64,000 nt of DNA from Tubiluchus corallicola (lineage: Eukaryota > Animalia > Priapulida). The stretch covers positions 14,362-78,361 of the forward strand of contig JAQGDQ010000946.1 in assembly GCA_030141605.1 (NCBI GenBank), given 5' to 3'. Below, in pieces: positions 42,001-56,099 of the stretch. Made by a program: the position numbers and the translations under genes. A model generated the notes under the pieces. The model saw nothing but the letters and a program-made list of their open reading frames with translations, made no database searches and was not told where the DNA came from. Each line of letters begins with the position of its first letter. Within the stretch, counting starts at the first letter, position 1.

Positions 42001-45000
42001 TAGGCATCAGATATTTTTTTTAGTGCAAAGCTAAAAGATACAGTAAGGCAACAAATTTCTACATACCACTGTATCTCTGGTCTGTACCACACTGGCTTCA
42101 TATTCCATTTCCCGTTCCTCTTCCTGCTCTTCCTGCAGTACTAGTGGTTCCTGTGATTTCTCCCACAACCTCAGTGACTTGTCATGGGAGGCTGACACAA
42201 TGTAGTTACCACTAGGACTAACAGCTACAGACCACACCTCTCCATGGTGACCCTAGTAAGAAAAAGATTTACTTGAACATCTATGCTAAATTACTAATGG
42301 TGTAAGCTTACTGCCATTAAGTTTTCGTGTAATAGAGAGCGCGTAGCAGATTAGTTTGCCAGCCAAAGGAAACGTTTTCAAAACCAAATAATTTTGTGAC
42401 AGAAGAGAGAAGAGTTCTGTATGAGTTTAGTGCAAACTATCAGCATTCATAATAACAAACATTCACCAAAATAGTGCACTGTACCCATTATGCTCATGGG
42501 TATAACAACAGCAACAACCACCGCCACCGCCACCACAACCACCACCACAACAACAACAACAGCAACAACAGCAGCAACAACAACAACAACAACAACAATA
42601 ACAATAACTTATTTTTTGCCTTCAGTATAACAATCATAGATAGTATATAACAACGAGTTACAAAGTTTAGAGAAGGACGGGATGGTGAAAGACCAAAAGG
42701 TCATCTAGTCTGCCATCCCTAAATAGTGAGTACTAATTTCAGCATGGCGAGCAAATATTATTAGAAAAAAATAAAGAATAGAATACGAAAAACAGATCAA
42801 AATTAAATTAATAGCAAATTATGGCAAATAAAGTCATGCCAATTTACGCAAAACAAAGTGAAAACAAAATTAGTAAAGCAGAATTCTATAGGGAAAACTA
42901 ACTAATTAAAAGCTAACTTAATTTGGCTATGCAAACACAAATTGCAAACAATAGCCTACCAACTAAATTCTTAACTTCTTTAAAACAATTTCACTGAATT
43001 GATTGTATCCAGCATAGGTAACTCGTTAAACAAACAATCATTACAAATCTAGCCAAAAAAAACAACTAATACAGCTTGAAGACTGCTTTTTAAAAATTTT
43101 ACATTCATGCTATCATATTGGCACAAATAAACTGGTTTGGAATGCAAAGAACTGGGTTACTTGTTATTGGGTTTTTCTGCCCAACTGTCTATCTACGTCG
43201 TTTGTTGCTCTATTAAGTTTTCACAAGATAAAAAGTGGCTAAAACGTATTACACGAAAAACAAAGAGAAAAGACCAGCCTAAAGGCCAAACCTATCTTAT
43301 AAGTGAGTAATCCAAAATTAATCTCATGGTAGTAGCAATGCAATGAAATAAAAAATTGTTCAAAAAAGTGCGAACAGATTATCAAGTCTTTACTGTCCTT
43401 ACAGGCTTACTGCTCAAATGTAATATGTGTAGTTATGGTCAGCAGTTAAGGTGTTCTAGCTATTCACACAGCCTAACTCTCCATTCCATGAGGATCATTT
43501 TGATACCAACTTCATGGCTCTATGTTATTTGTAAGCTGAGATAATCCACGTTGAAGTTGAGGTGCAGGCTATGCAGTGAAGAACATAATCTTGAGAAAAT
43601 CACTGTTAAAGTTGGCCATTGTTTTTTTGTCGCATTTCTGCAAAACACTTAACAACCGCACAAATATTAGTTACTACGGACTTTACAAGAACACATTGAA
43701 GTTCTATTTAAGGCCAGCAGATGGCTGTTCCCGACGAAGATCTGGGCTTGGCAGTAGAAAAAACCTAAAGCAAAATGATTGCTTCCGTAAGCTACTATTG
43801 GAGTTTGAAAATGCAAGCTTTTTACAATTGCATGACTAGTTTTTAGCCAGAAAAGTGGGTAAAGTGTTTTAAAATTAAGTTTTTAGTATTTTTTGGTCAT
43901 TTTCTTGATGCTAGAATATAAAAATGCAATATATATTGCATTTGTTTTTATAAAAAACAAAAATTCACATTTGAGCAAGTTTTTGGGTCATTCTACTTTG
44001 AAGCATCATAACGTAGTTTTAACTATGCCCACTTATGAACAGTTTAGGTTTGCAACCCCCACATCTGTAGTAAGTACAAAAACTCAAAATAACACAAACA
44101 CAGGAAAGCAATACCTGCAACGTCAAGATTTTCTCAAAAGTGTCGCCGTCCCATTGCTTCACATTTTTATCCTTCCCGCAAGAGACAAACATGTGCGTGT
44201 TTGGTATAAACTGCACACACATGATACTAAAAAAAGAAATTTAAAAAAAACGTTTACAGGACAACTGAAAAATAATGCAAATTATTAGAGTTTTCTAAGC
44301 GAAAATTGCAGAAAATAGAACATCTAATTAACTCGTCGATACTCCTCTTAGTGGACGTGTACTAAAGTATGGCCCACATCATCGTGTAGCCCTGTTCCTC
44401 CTCTTTCTAAAGAGCTATATATCTCCTTCCGAGAGTCCCACCAGGCGCCGCTACAACGTTTTTTTCTGCATGCTGTTTGGTCAAAATTAATAACTATCAT
44501 ACAACATACAGTAAACAACAATATATTGAAAGAACTGCTTTAAGCCTGATTGTTAAAACTGATAAGACCTGTTTTAGCATTGCCTTTGAAATAATAATCT
44601 TAGAAAATGTGTTCATAGCATTTTTCCTTTTTCAACTTTCACAACTTAGTAAAATAAATCCGAGAAAACATGAAGTGATTTATATGATTGGAAAAATACA
44701 CAATAATGATGTGCAAAGCTTAAGCAGCCTGAGGCAAACTCGGACGAAGCTTTGCTGCTATCCACTTTAGTATCAAACCGGATTCTAAATTTGTTATGAA
44801 CGTCATTGTGTGATAAAGACTGTGTACACATTATCCAAATCTACGGCCAAATCACGTTGAAAACACCAGTTCCGTCTGATCACCGAAGTTAAGCAACGTA
44901 GAGTCTGGTTAGTACTTTGATGAGTGACCGCCTAGGAATACCAGGTGCTGTAGACTTGTGGGGATGCTCACACTGTATCTCGAAACTAGGCGGAGGATAT

Positions 45001-48000
45001 CACATGGAAAACGCCGGTTCTTAAATTTTGAAAGCAACGTGAACCTTTTTTTCTAATTTAATATCATTATAATTGTAATTAATCTAACAAATGTTATTAC
45101 AAAATCATAGCTCAGGTTAAAGCATATCAATGGTCTCATATTAAACAAAATGCATTACTTTTATTAATATATTTGTAATACATTTAGGCCACATTAAATT
45201 ACAAAACGTACAGATAGTTTTGTAAAATTTAATATGCTTAATACAAAAGTTTTGCATTCTTTTACGTTCTGTTAAGTTATGTTTAAGTTAAGTTTTGCAT
45301 TCAAAACATTGTCACAGTTCCAGCGATTGATGATGATCGTGAATAGGTCAAAAGTTAAAGTGTGCGTGACAGCGCATTTATGTACACTTGGCAACGCCTC
45401 ACAGCCCATGCTACTGTAATAGTAACAGTTTTAACAGCTAGCTAGAACTTTACCTATATCATTTTTTCTTGTTTCCAAACAAGATCCTGCTAGTAAATCA
45501 CTCTATGCACAGACTAATTCATAATTAAGTAAAGTTCAGGTTACTGAACTAATACAGCAGATGGCTTTGCTTTATCCACATATTGCGTAACAGTTGTAGT
45601 TCAGATGTATTGCTGCGGTACATTTAACTTTTGACCTACAGGAACTGCGCGTGTGCAAAACGAAACTGCGAAAAGGCTTACTGACATATATTTGCGTACA
45701 AAATGAGTACGTTACATTAAATATTCATTGACTGCTTATCTCAATTTTCAGTACAGAGAGAGAATACTGATAATGGGTAATAAAATACGTAAAAAAGACT
45801 TCATTTATTCATCATTGATGGCTAGTAACATTTTATCAACATAAGAATGATATTAAGTTATTATTAACCTCGCATGTCTGCTATTAAAATGTCATTAAAA
45901 CAGAAAAACGCATGTTTGATAACATAAATAATTGCAAGTACGGAAGTAAAACTTTAGTAACAAGTAAAATGTGAACTTACCTATCATCATGAGCAAATAT
46001 TGACTTGTGGCAATCACCGAAATCCATGCCCCACAATTTAACATTGCGATCAGCTGACCCGCTAACCAACAATGTATTATCAGTTGAAATGTCCAGAGAC
46101 AACACAGGCAACTTATGACCGTACAGAGATAAGAAAAACTAGAAAGAGAAAAATCGCACATTATTAGCAACTAAGAGAAATCGTTTATAGTTGGATGAAT
46201 GCGTAATAATACGCAGGCAGTACTGCGGGAAATTGTGAGGAAATCCTCGTTTGAATTACGTAAGTAATTTCAGGCAAAAGATATTTCAATTTACAGTCTT
46301 TTTAACTTAGATGACTTGCTAAAAATCAGATAGATTCTTGGCCAGCTACAAGCATTTCCTTTAAAAGCAAGTTGCATTACAAATGGCTTGCAACTTATTA
46401 GTATTTACATTAAAAGGAAGTTGCATTACAAAAGGCTTGCAATTTATTACTATTTACATTAAAAGTTGCATTACAAATGGCTTGCAACTTATTATTATTT
46501 ACACTAAAATTAAGTTGCATTACAAATGGCTTGCAACTTATTATTATTTACACTAAAAGTAAGTTGCATTACAAATGGCTTGCAACTTATTACTATTTAC
46601 ATTAAAAGTAAGTTACATAAGAAATGGCTTGCAACTTATTACTATTTACATTAAAAGTAAGTTGCTTAACAAATGGCTTGCAACTTATTATTGTTTACAT
46701 TAAAAGTAAGTTGCATTACAAATGGCTTGCAACTTGCTAATATTTACATAAAAAGAAGTTGCATTACAAATGGCTTGCAACTTATTACTATTTACATTAA
46801 AAAGAAGTTGCATTATAAATGGCTTGCAATTTATTACTATTTACATTAAAAGGAAGTTGCATTACAAATGGCTTGCAACTTATTACTATCTGAATATTAT
46901 TAACATGCTAAGCAATAAAAACAAAGTAACTACTTTGCAACATTCCTTATGCTTACATTGAAAACTGTGCATGTACTTTAAAAAACAATTCAAGTTCACA
47001 CTCCAACAACATTTTTAAAGTTTATTTTTGCAGTTCCATGCAAACATCGCAGGGATAAATTTTTAGTAAACATTTTTGGGTTAAATAAAATTTAAATTTT
47101 TGAAACCGTGCAAGATAGAAGTTTATGTTTTGTCGTTATCAAATCTGGTTTTTAACAATTAAGATGTTACTCGCATGCTTACACACAAGAAGTAATTTTC
47201 AAGCAGAACAGCTTACAGTAAGAAGCTTATCTATTGGTAATAAAATGTGATAAGGACAATCTATATGTGAGTTTTTCAAATCAGCAAATATTGTGTTCTC
47301 TAAGTCATGCTTAGTGTGATGCAAATATAAAAAATGGTCAATAAAGTTTATGGAAAATTTAAAAAATTTTTCAAGTCACAATCACATACCTTCAGTGTAT
47401 CCAAAAAAAACACCTTAATTGTATTGTCTAATAATGAAACAGCTAACAATCGACCATCATGGCTGCACTTCACACATAGAACATCTTCTGACATCTGTAG
47501 TGTGCGAGTGTGAATCAAGCTTAACCGTTTGCTGGAAAAACAAAACAATCTTTTAAGCACTGGCGACATCTAAATAATAGTATTTATCAAAAAGAACATT
47601 TTCTAACATAAGTGCACTTGTGAAACTAGCATTTGAAAACCCTACCTTGATGTCGTAGCTTGTTCATGCGAGATCATCTCAAAATTCCAGAACTTGATCT
47701 GCTTATCGGCGCTACCAGATACAATTCCTCGCTGTAAAATCAAATGCACAAATTTAAGCAATAAAGAGGCCTCAGGAAGAAGAAACAGTTCACAGGTAAT
47801 GTGGCTGTTGAAGATGAAATACATGAAAATAGATTGTGATTTAATATACTATGAAATACGTTCAATAGTAGAATTCTACTTACTAATAAAATGTACCACA
47901 CTGGCACGCGAATTGACGAGTATTTTTTATACATGTTTAAACAATATCATTTTTTATATATGTTTAAACAATATCATTTTTTATATATGTTTAAACAATA

Positions 48001-51000
48001 TCATTTTTTTATATATGTTTAAACAATATCATTTTTTTATATATGTTTAAACAATATCATTTATATATTGTTTAAACATATATAAAAAAAACTCGTCAAT
48101 TCGCTTGCCAGTGTGGTACATTTTATTAGTAAGTAGAATTATACTATTGAATGTATTTCATAGTATATTAAATCACAATCTATTTTTATGTATTTCATCT
48201 TCAACAGCCACATTACCTGTGACCCGTTTCTTCTTCCTGGGGCCTCTTTATCAGCAATAACTGCGGCCAGAGGTTTTATTTTGTCTCTCTTTTTGACAAT
48301 AAGTAAAAATACGGTTATAAAAAAATAAGGCATAAGCAAGAACAAATGAACAAATTGTTTATAAAATGTGTTTGTTCAGAAATTTAAAATTCAAACAGCT
48401 CTGAGCTAATGTCATTCATGATTTTCATCACAGTTTATTTGCCCCGAAAAAACTGCCAAGTAAACTAGACGTAAAATTATCTGTCTAAAAAACGATAAAG
48501 AATTAGTTTCTAAGCCACATGAACATATAATGTAAGAATTATGTAACAATTCACAACATTAGCAACACAGTCATCTTACATCGTATTTTACCAAAGCTTG
48601 TGCACAAGTTGACCAAGCACGGCATCAAACAAACACACGTGATAACTTAACACACAAACAATCTCAACAGCAAATCTGATTGGTCAATATCACACACCAC
48701 ACTGTACTCAGTACATTATTCCCTCATTATTGAATTTACGTTTGCTTGCAAAACAAAAAAGTTTAAACACCTAGAGCAGGACACGCTAACAGACTGTCGT
48801 TAAATGAAGTGACTAATTAGTATTGCATTCACTAAGTGTTATGACGTAATACATCCTTCGTTTCGAAATCAAAAAATGCAAAACAGATTATGGTAATCCA
48901 GATGGCACAACAGCTTCCGAAGTATAATGAAATATATCAGCTATTGAAATATATGATAACGATATTGAGCTCTTTCACTCGTTATTAATTCATAACTAAT
49001 ATACATAAAACTTTGTCCATATGTTGTTAAGACATAGGAATCGGTCATTGTTTACATTAAAATGATAAATATACTAATATTATTATTATTATTGTTTACA
49101 AAAATCTATCTTAAGATCATATTTTGAGATCTTTGAACAAAATGCCTTAGTGTATCAACTAAATCATGCCAAAACATAAGCATCCACTGACAGAGTCTAA
49201 ATAAAGGGAATTGACATGATTAAAAGAAGTAAAATATACATTGTCCAAATCATCCAGAAAATTATGTATCTATACATCATATCTGAGCAAATTTCGACAT
49301 TTGTCAATATGCAATATTGCCGTAACCACAACAATAATGATCTAAGCGCATATTTCTGTGAAATTTATAAGCTAATAAGTCTTACATTGTCAGGTGTCAA
49401 ACAGATAGACCACACTGCACCTTCGTGAGCATCTACTGTCTCCAGCAACACTGCGGAAGCTATGTCAAATACCTGGATTTTTCCTGCCTGAAAATAAGGA
49501 ACAGCCATAGTTAGTTCAGATAGTCATTTATAATTACTGCAAGAAAAACGGTTATACAAAGATTTCCCCATAAACAGTCACAGACAGACGTGTCACTGTT
49601 TTGCTTGGTGTATGCCAAACGGCAGTAGAGCTATGATAACATCAACATGTAACATCTATGGCTACACAGCATCCCAGTTATTGATTAATCAAAGAGTAAA
49701 ATAAATCTTGGAATGTTTTATTTGTTGCACTAAGCGATTAAGCCTTTTCACAGTTCCAGCGATTGGTGACTGTGAAGGATTTTAGGTTATTTTATTACTT
49801 CAGTGTTCTCTCATTCTGTAAACCCCCCTATGCTGTCCTTTAACTGCATTCGTATGTATGTCTTGACTTGGCTTCTTTCTGTCATGCTCTACTGACACAG
49901 CTAGTTTACCTGGCTAGTTGGCAGTCTGTTCTTGGCTAAGAGAGTTGTTGTTGTTGTTGTTTGTCTCAGTTAAACCATTTATTTGTCAAGAGTAGTAGAG
50001 CCATGATGTAAGTTTATTCAGTCTGACTTTATTATTAATTTCCTTGTTTCTTTAGTAAAATTAGTTTGTTATATTTTGTTATGATTTTTCTTACAGATAA
50101 AACATAATAAAGCTACTCAAACATGAATTTTTTGACTTTGGGGATCATGAAGTAGTAGTCTCTCACAGTGCCTATCATAAAGGGGTCAAAAGTTACGTGT
50201 ACCAGGACAATGCGCTTTTATGTACATTCGACAATGCCTTGTAGCCTATGCTGAAAAGGCTTATTATTATATTATTAAATATAAGGATATTTAACCGAGC
50301 AAGCAAAAGATGATGGTCACTTCAACAAACTCACGCTACTAATGAGAAGCAAGAACAACTACTTTGTTTTAATACGTCCATATTAGGTAAAAGTACCTTC
50401 AAAAGTCTATTTTTATAACACCTTAGAGCAGAAATGCAATTTATTGAGCAAGCACTTAGAGAAATTTCACCTTTGTAGCAACTAATACATGTCTGTCTCC
50501 AGGAGTAAACAACGCGCAGAGCGCATATCCACAGTTCATGGTTCGAATACATTCTTGACTAACTCTGCAAAATAAAATTTCCAAACTACTATTTACAAAA
50601 TAAGAACATCCTATATACTGCTAGCATTAAAGCACAAGAAAACCCTCCACTTGTATACATCTTAAAAAATTCGTCTTGAAATTTTATACAACTTACATAC
50701 TGCTTTTTTTGCGTACAGGTCTGCATCGCTGTATAACACTTATAAATTTAAACTCCCGTGGTGACAGTTAGATGCAACCATTTTGACGGTAAGTCATTTG
50801 AGGCAAGTTTTGATAACATTTTGCAAAGTTTGAAAAAATAATCAGAACATTCGTACCGCACATGTCACTAACTAAATAAAATTTTAAATCACTGTATCTT
50901 CTCAATAAGATTAAAATGCATTTTTTGGTTAGTGAGTGGTGCACCCTGGACATGAGACAACGAAATTTTACCAATTGGTGAAAACATTTTAAATAATTAA

Positions 51001-54000
51001 TAATTTTCTTTTCTAGTTACATAAGTCTTTCAAGCAGGTAAGCAGAATGCTAAGTAATATAACTTTGCATGGAAAGTTCTTTGGGACATAGTTTAACATT
51101 TCATTTTCTTCCCTTGATTTACGTTGTGTGTATATGAGGTCATGTAATGGCGCGGTCGGATCAATTTGGCGGGAGATTTAAAATGAAAACAAAGAAAAAA
51201 TCCCTTCAACGGTATTACGACAAATGCATAAAATTGCTATAAAGTAATATTTTTAAGCCAATTTTTCTGAAACCTACTTTAGGTACCATTTTTTGTCCCT
51301 TAAGCACAACATTACAAGAACATTAGTACAATATTATTACATGGCACATTATTTGATAAAACCAAAAAAATCTCCCATTTTTCGTCACTAACCTGTTCCA
51401 TACTTTCAAACTTTCACCACTGGCAGACAGTATCGCCGCATTGTCCGAACTAAAGCTCACTGCACGAACATCTGACCGATGGCCACATAGGGCTACTTTA
51501 TTCAAGCAGCCTGCATCTGTCTTACTCTCCAAATGTACAGAATGCTGTTCAATTGTGTTGTTATTCAACAGCACCACAACCTGATGAGAAATAAACCTTG
51601 TTTCATCAATGAAGATTAATAATTAGCACTTCTGCTGCTGTTGATTAAACAGTCTATTAGTCAGCTCACTCTCGGCTAAATTTATAAAAAAGAAGCAAAA
51701 CAGCTTCTGTGTTAGTTTGTGACGAACTACACACCTTTGACAGTTCATTGGTGAGCACAGCGGTAAATTTGAAATTTGAATTTTTAACTCAGGACTTGCC
51801 TAGTTTTAGTACAACACACTGGATATCTTGCAGTAGCACTGTACTTCAATTCGCTGCCGCAAACATATGCAACACGTTTGTGGAATATTTTTTCTGTTGA
51901 AAATTATGTTAGTTTGTGATGTCATCTCGTGAAATATTTTTGCTGTTGAAAATTATGTAAGTTGGTGATGTCATCAATAGTTGGGCTCGCCCGCCGTTAA
52001 TTAAAGTTTTAAATCTATTATTTAATTATCAGAAACGCTTTTGCAGTACTAACTGTGTCAAAATGTACTTTTTAGCTGACTTGAAGATGGGGTAGTATAT
52101 GAAAAATCATCTTGTTTAATGTTATTTCTGGAGTTCATCACAGCACACTCAACATTATACGTTTAAGATCAAACTAATTGAGAAAAAACGAAACATGAAA
52201 ATATGTTGCAAATTAAACAGCAGCTAAACAATAATAAGGATAATATAACTATCGGCAAAAAATGACAAATTACCTCACTCCATATGCTCATGGAATATTT
52301 TTGCTGTTGAAAAGTATGTTAGTTTGTGATGTCATCAATAGTTGGGCTCGCCCACTGCTAAGTTCTTAATCTATTATTTAATTATCAGAAACGCTTTTGC
52401 AGTATCAATTGTGTTAAAATGTTTACTTTTTATCGGACTTAAAAATGGCGTAGTATACGAAAAATCATCCTGTCTTTCTTATGTAGCCAAAAAAGTATAA
52501 TTTGGAATTAGAAATCGACCAAACCTTAATTTCTGATTTCATTAGCACAACATCGAAGCCATGAACTTTGGCAGACATTCTTAACGATGCTATCCTTGTT
52601 ATCTCATCTTCAACGCTCACAGTAATCGACTGCTCAATGGTGTCAGTCTCCATAGAATCCATCTGTTGTTCTTTTCTGCTTTTTTTAAAAAAAAAATTCA
52701 CCATAAATGTGTATAGAACCGCAACAGCACCACAACTAAACATGCTGGACTACATAAAAACAAACAGAGCAAATTAGTTATTAATAAATATACAGTGTTC
52801 CCTGACTTCCCTGTGTTCTGTTCCAGGCCCACCCGCAATATCCGTGAAGTAGGGACGCTATACTCATTTTCGTAGTTATACATTATTTTAAGTCTTTATA
52901 AACCCTCCCCACACTCTTATACATAACCCTTTCCCATTCCCTTAATAACTTTTCCCATACTGTACATGTACCTTTAAAAAAACTTTAATTAAATGTTCAT
53001 AAAAATGTTTCAAACTCTTAAACCTAGATCATGTGTTGTGTACAATTTCACATCGGCAAGTAGCATCTCAAGTGGGCGCAAGTACTACATTTCGCTTTTG
53101 GCGTGTATTCATCCACCGAATAAATACACTATCTACTGTAAATGGTAATTTTTTATGATTTATAATATTCTTTTAATGTTAGAATTAATATTTGTAATAT
53201 ATTTTTATACATTTAGTGCAAAATTCATCAAATCTATACATTACTGTACAATACGTACTATGCATGTGCAAAAAACACTTTAGACGGAGTACCGCAAAAA
53301 CCCGCGAAACAGCGATAATACCGCGATAAATATTTTACATTAATATTTTTGAAAACCCGCAAAACACTGAGTCCACGATAAACGAACCGCAAAGTAACGA
53401 GGGAACAATGTAATGTGCTACAGCTACACAAACTAATTGACAACAGACATAACAGCCAAGTACCAAAGCTAAAAGCCTTTGCTTCAGTTCTTTTCACACC
53501 CAATAATTAAAAATGTTACTTAATGAATTTCACCTTTACAGTTTAAACAACAAACCATTACGATCATTAACAGCCGACACGTGGCGATATTAAACTATTA
53601 AGCGCATTACCTTGTACGAGGCTACAACGCAAAGTTTCTATATTTATGCAAGCAAGAAAAGAGAAAAATAAGAATTATTTAACTTGTTGCAATTGTGAAA
53701 TGTTTGTTCTTATTTGACATTATGCTAATTATATTAATTATGTTTAATGAGTAAATGTTTATGTTATATAATTAAAATTATGTATATAAATTATAATGTA
53801 TATAATTATAATATATATACTATAATGTATATATATTATATATACATATTATAAATTATGTATATAATTATTTTTAATGAGTAAATGAGATAATCATAGG
53901 AAATAAAGTAATTTGTCAAACACATTTGGATGTGTTTCCCAAGCAAAAACATTTCATTTTACATTGAAACAGCAAAAATACTACAAAACAATCCAAATTC

Positions 54001-56048
54001 TGTTTACTTATTCTTGCAAACTAAATATAAAGGGACTGAAATATTTCGATTTTAAAACATAATTCTTGTCATACTGCCAACAGACATAATAGAAAACTGA
54101 TAAAAGTTAAAATGTTTTGCTTTTGTCCTCTTGTGTGAGAGCAGTTTGTCATGTGACAAGCGAAAATGCTTCTTTGTAAATTTTGCCCTCGCAATTTGAA
54201 CAACAAATGTTTACAATCACTAAATGACCCACTTTTTACGAAACTAAACTATTTAGCACGTTACGTCGTTCGAGCCACAATACCAAGTTCCTACATTTAT
54301 GAAAGCAAAAAAAAGGAAAACTAAGGATTGCATAATATGTTGCTGTTGCAAGAGACGTTTGTTCTTATTATGATAATTACAATAATTATAGAGAATGAGA
54401 TAAGATGATGTATAGCGAATGAAGTAACGGGTCAAACATGTTTGGATACGTTGATCAAAGAAAAACATTTAGTTCTACTATAAAGGAAACTCGGATGATT
54501 GTGTAAACAAGAGTTGAGAATAAAGAATGCTCTAAAATATTGAAAACTACAATAGTTTTTTTTTAAATCAAAGCTTAGATTAAATAATAATTACCTCGGA
54601 TTTTGTTAAACTTTCAAAGCTACGCGCGGCTCAGTGAGTCTACTAAGATTGGTAGCGGCGCTTTTTGTCACATTCGTGTTGCCGACAAATAGAAGGCGCT
54701 ACAGTGATAAGCATGATCAAGAGCTCCAGTGTAAGTTTCTGACGTCATGTGATATAGAGCCCATTTTCATGACATCATGCATTTGAACAGTACTGCAACA
54801 CTTATGCAAACGTGCTTGATGCGCAAGGGAAGATGCCTGTCATTGCACAAACTGTGCTTAGTTTCTGACGAAAGCAATAGCTGTATTCGGTTGCCATTAA
54901 TTAACTTTCTAAGCTAATTATTCAAATATAAAGAACAATTGTTAACTTTAATAGGCAAGAAAATGTATATTTTGGACAGTATATTAAAATGAGATTGAGT
55001 CTAAACAATCGTCCGGTTTTCCTTTAATGCAGCAAAAATACTACAAAATATTTACTTACTCTTATAAACTAAATGTACAGTATCTGAGATATTTCGATTT
55101 TAAAACACAATTCTTGTCATACAAGTTAAATTTCAAACAACTTACATCAGCTTCTTTCGGGCTTTCTTCTGACGATGCCTTACGCGTTTTCTAACCTCAT
55201 CTTGGCTGCATATTTTGAAAAGTTCTAGAAGGTGATCATTGCCCTGCAAGGAAAAAAATCGCATTTTACTTTTCTGGTAGCCGTAACTTTAAAATCGCGA
55301 AAACCAGAACGCTTAGCCAACACCTAGGTTATGCAGAATGGTTGTTGTTGGTTGGTTGGCATCCTTCTGTCTCGGAAGACAATGGAGCATGCGCCAAGAG
55401 AGTCAGTTATTGATCACATTGATGGAGCTGCAGCGCCGACTGTGGCTGAGCAGTGCGATCCTTGAACGTCTCCAGTGCGCACTGCCTGGGCAAGGTGTAT
55501 GGAGATCCTGAGTTGCCCAGACAACAGGAACCCCCTCTCTTCCTCCCTGGTGTAGTCCATAGGAAAGCGGAGCGATACGTTTGGCACCAGGTTGGCTGCA
55601 GGAGCTGCCGGAGTCAGTGAGCATGCTGCACTGGTCCACACTGGTTACACAGAATAATGATGTGACAAAGAGACTCTTGCTCACAAAATCATTAAAAAAA
55701 TTGTCTCGCCTACTTAAGTTTTTTGTTTTCATTCATCACTCTCAGTATTATGGCTAAACACATTCTACACTTACATACGTTAGTAACCTTAATAGTTATT
55801 AATGTATCAGCTAGACTAGGGCAGCAAATAAAAATATTTCCGTTTCCGTCTAATATTTTTTTATCGCACACACAGCCAGGAATGTCATAATTTTTTCGCA
55901 TGTTCATACACTTATCTGACTCAGTCATATAAAAGCGTAATTTTTCAACTTACAACGTAAATGCAATAATTGCTATAACACTGCTGTTTCGGGGAGATCG
56001 CAGCCATGTTTTTCTACGGCGACAAAATTTATACAAAATTATGATGGC

Positions 56049-56099
<51 letters not shown>

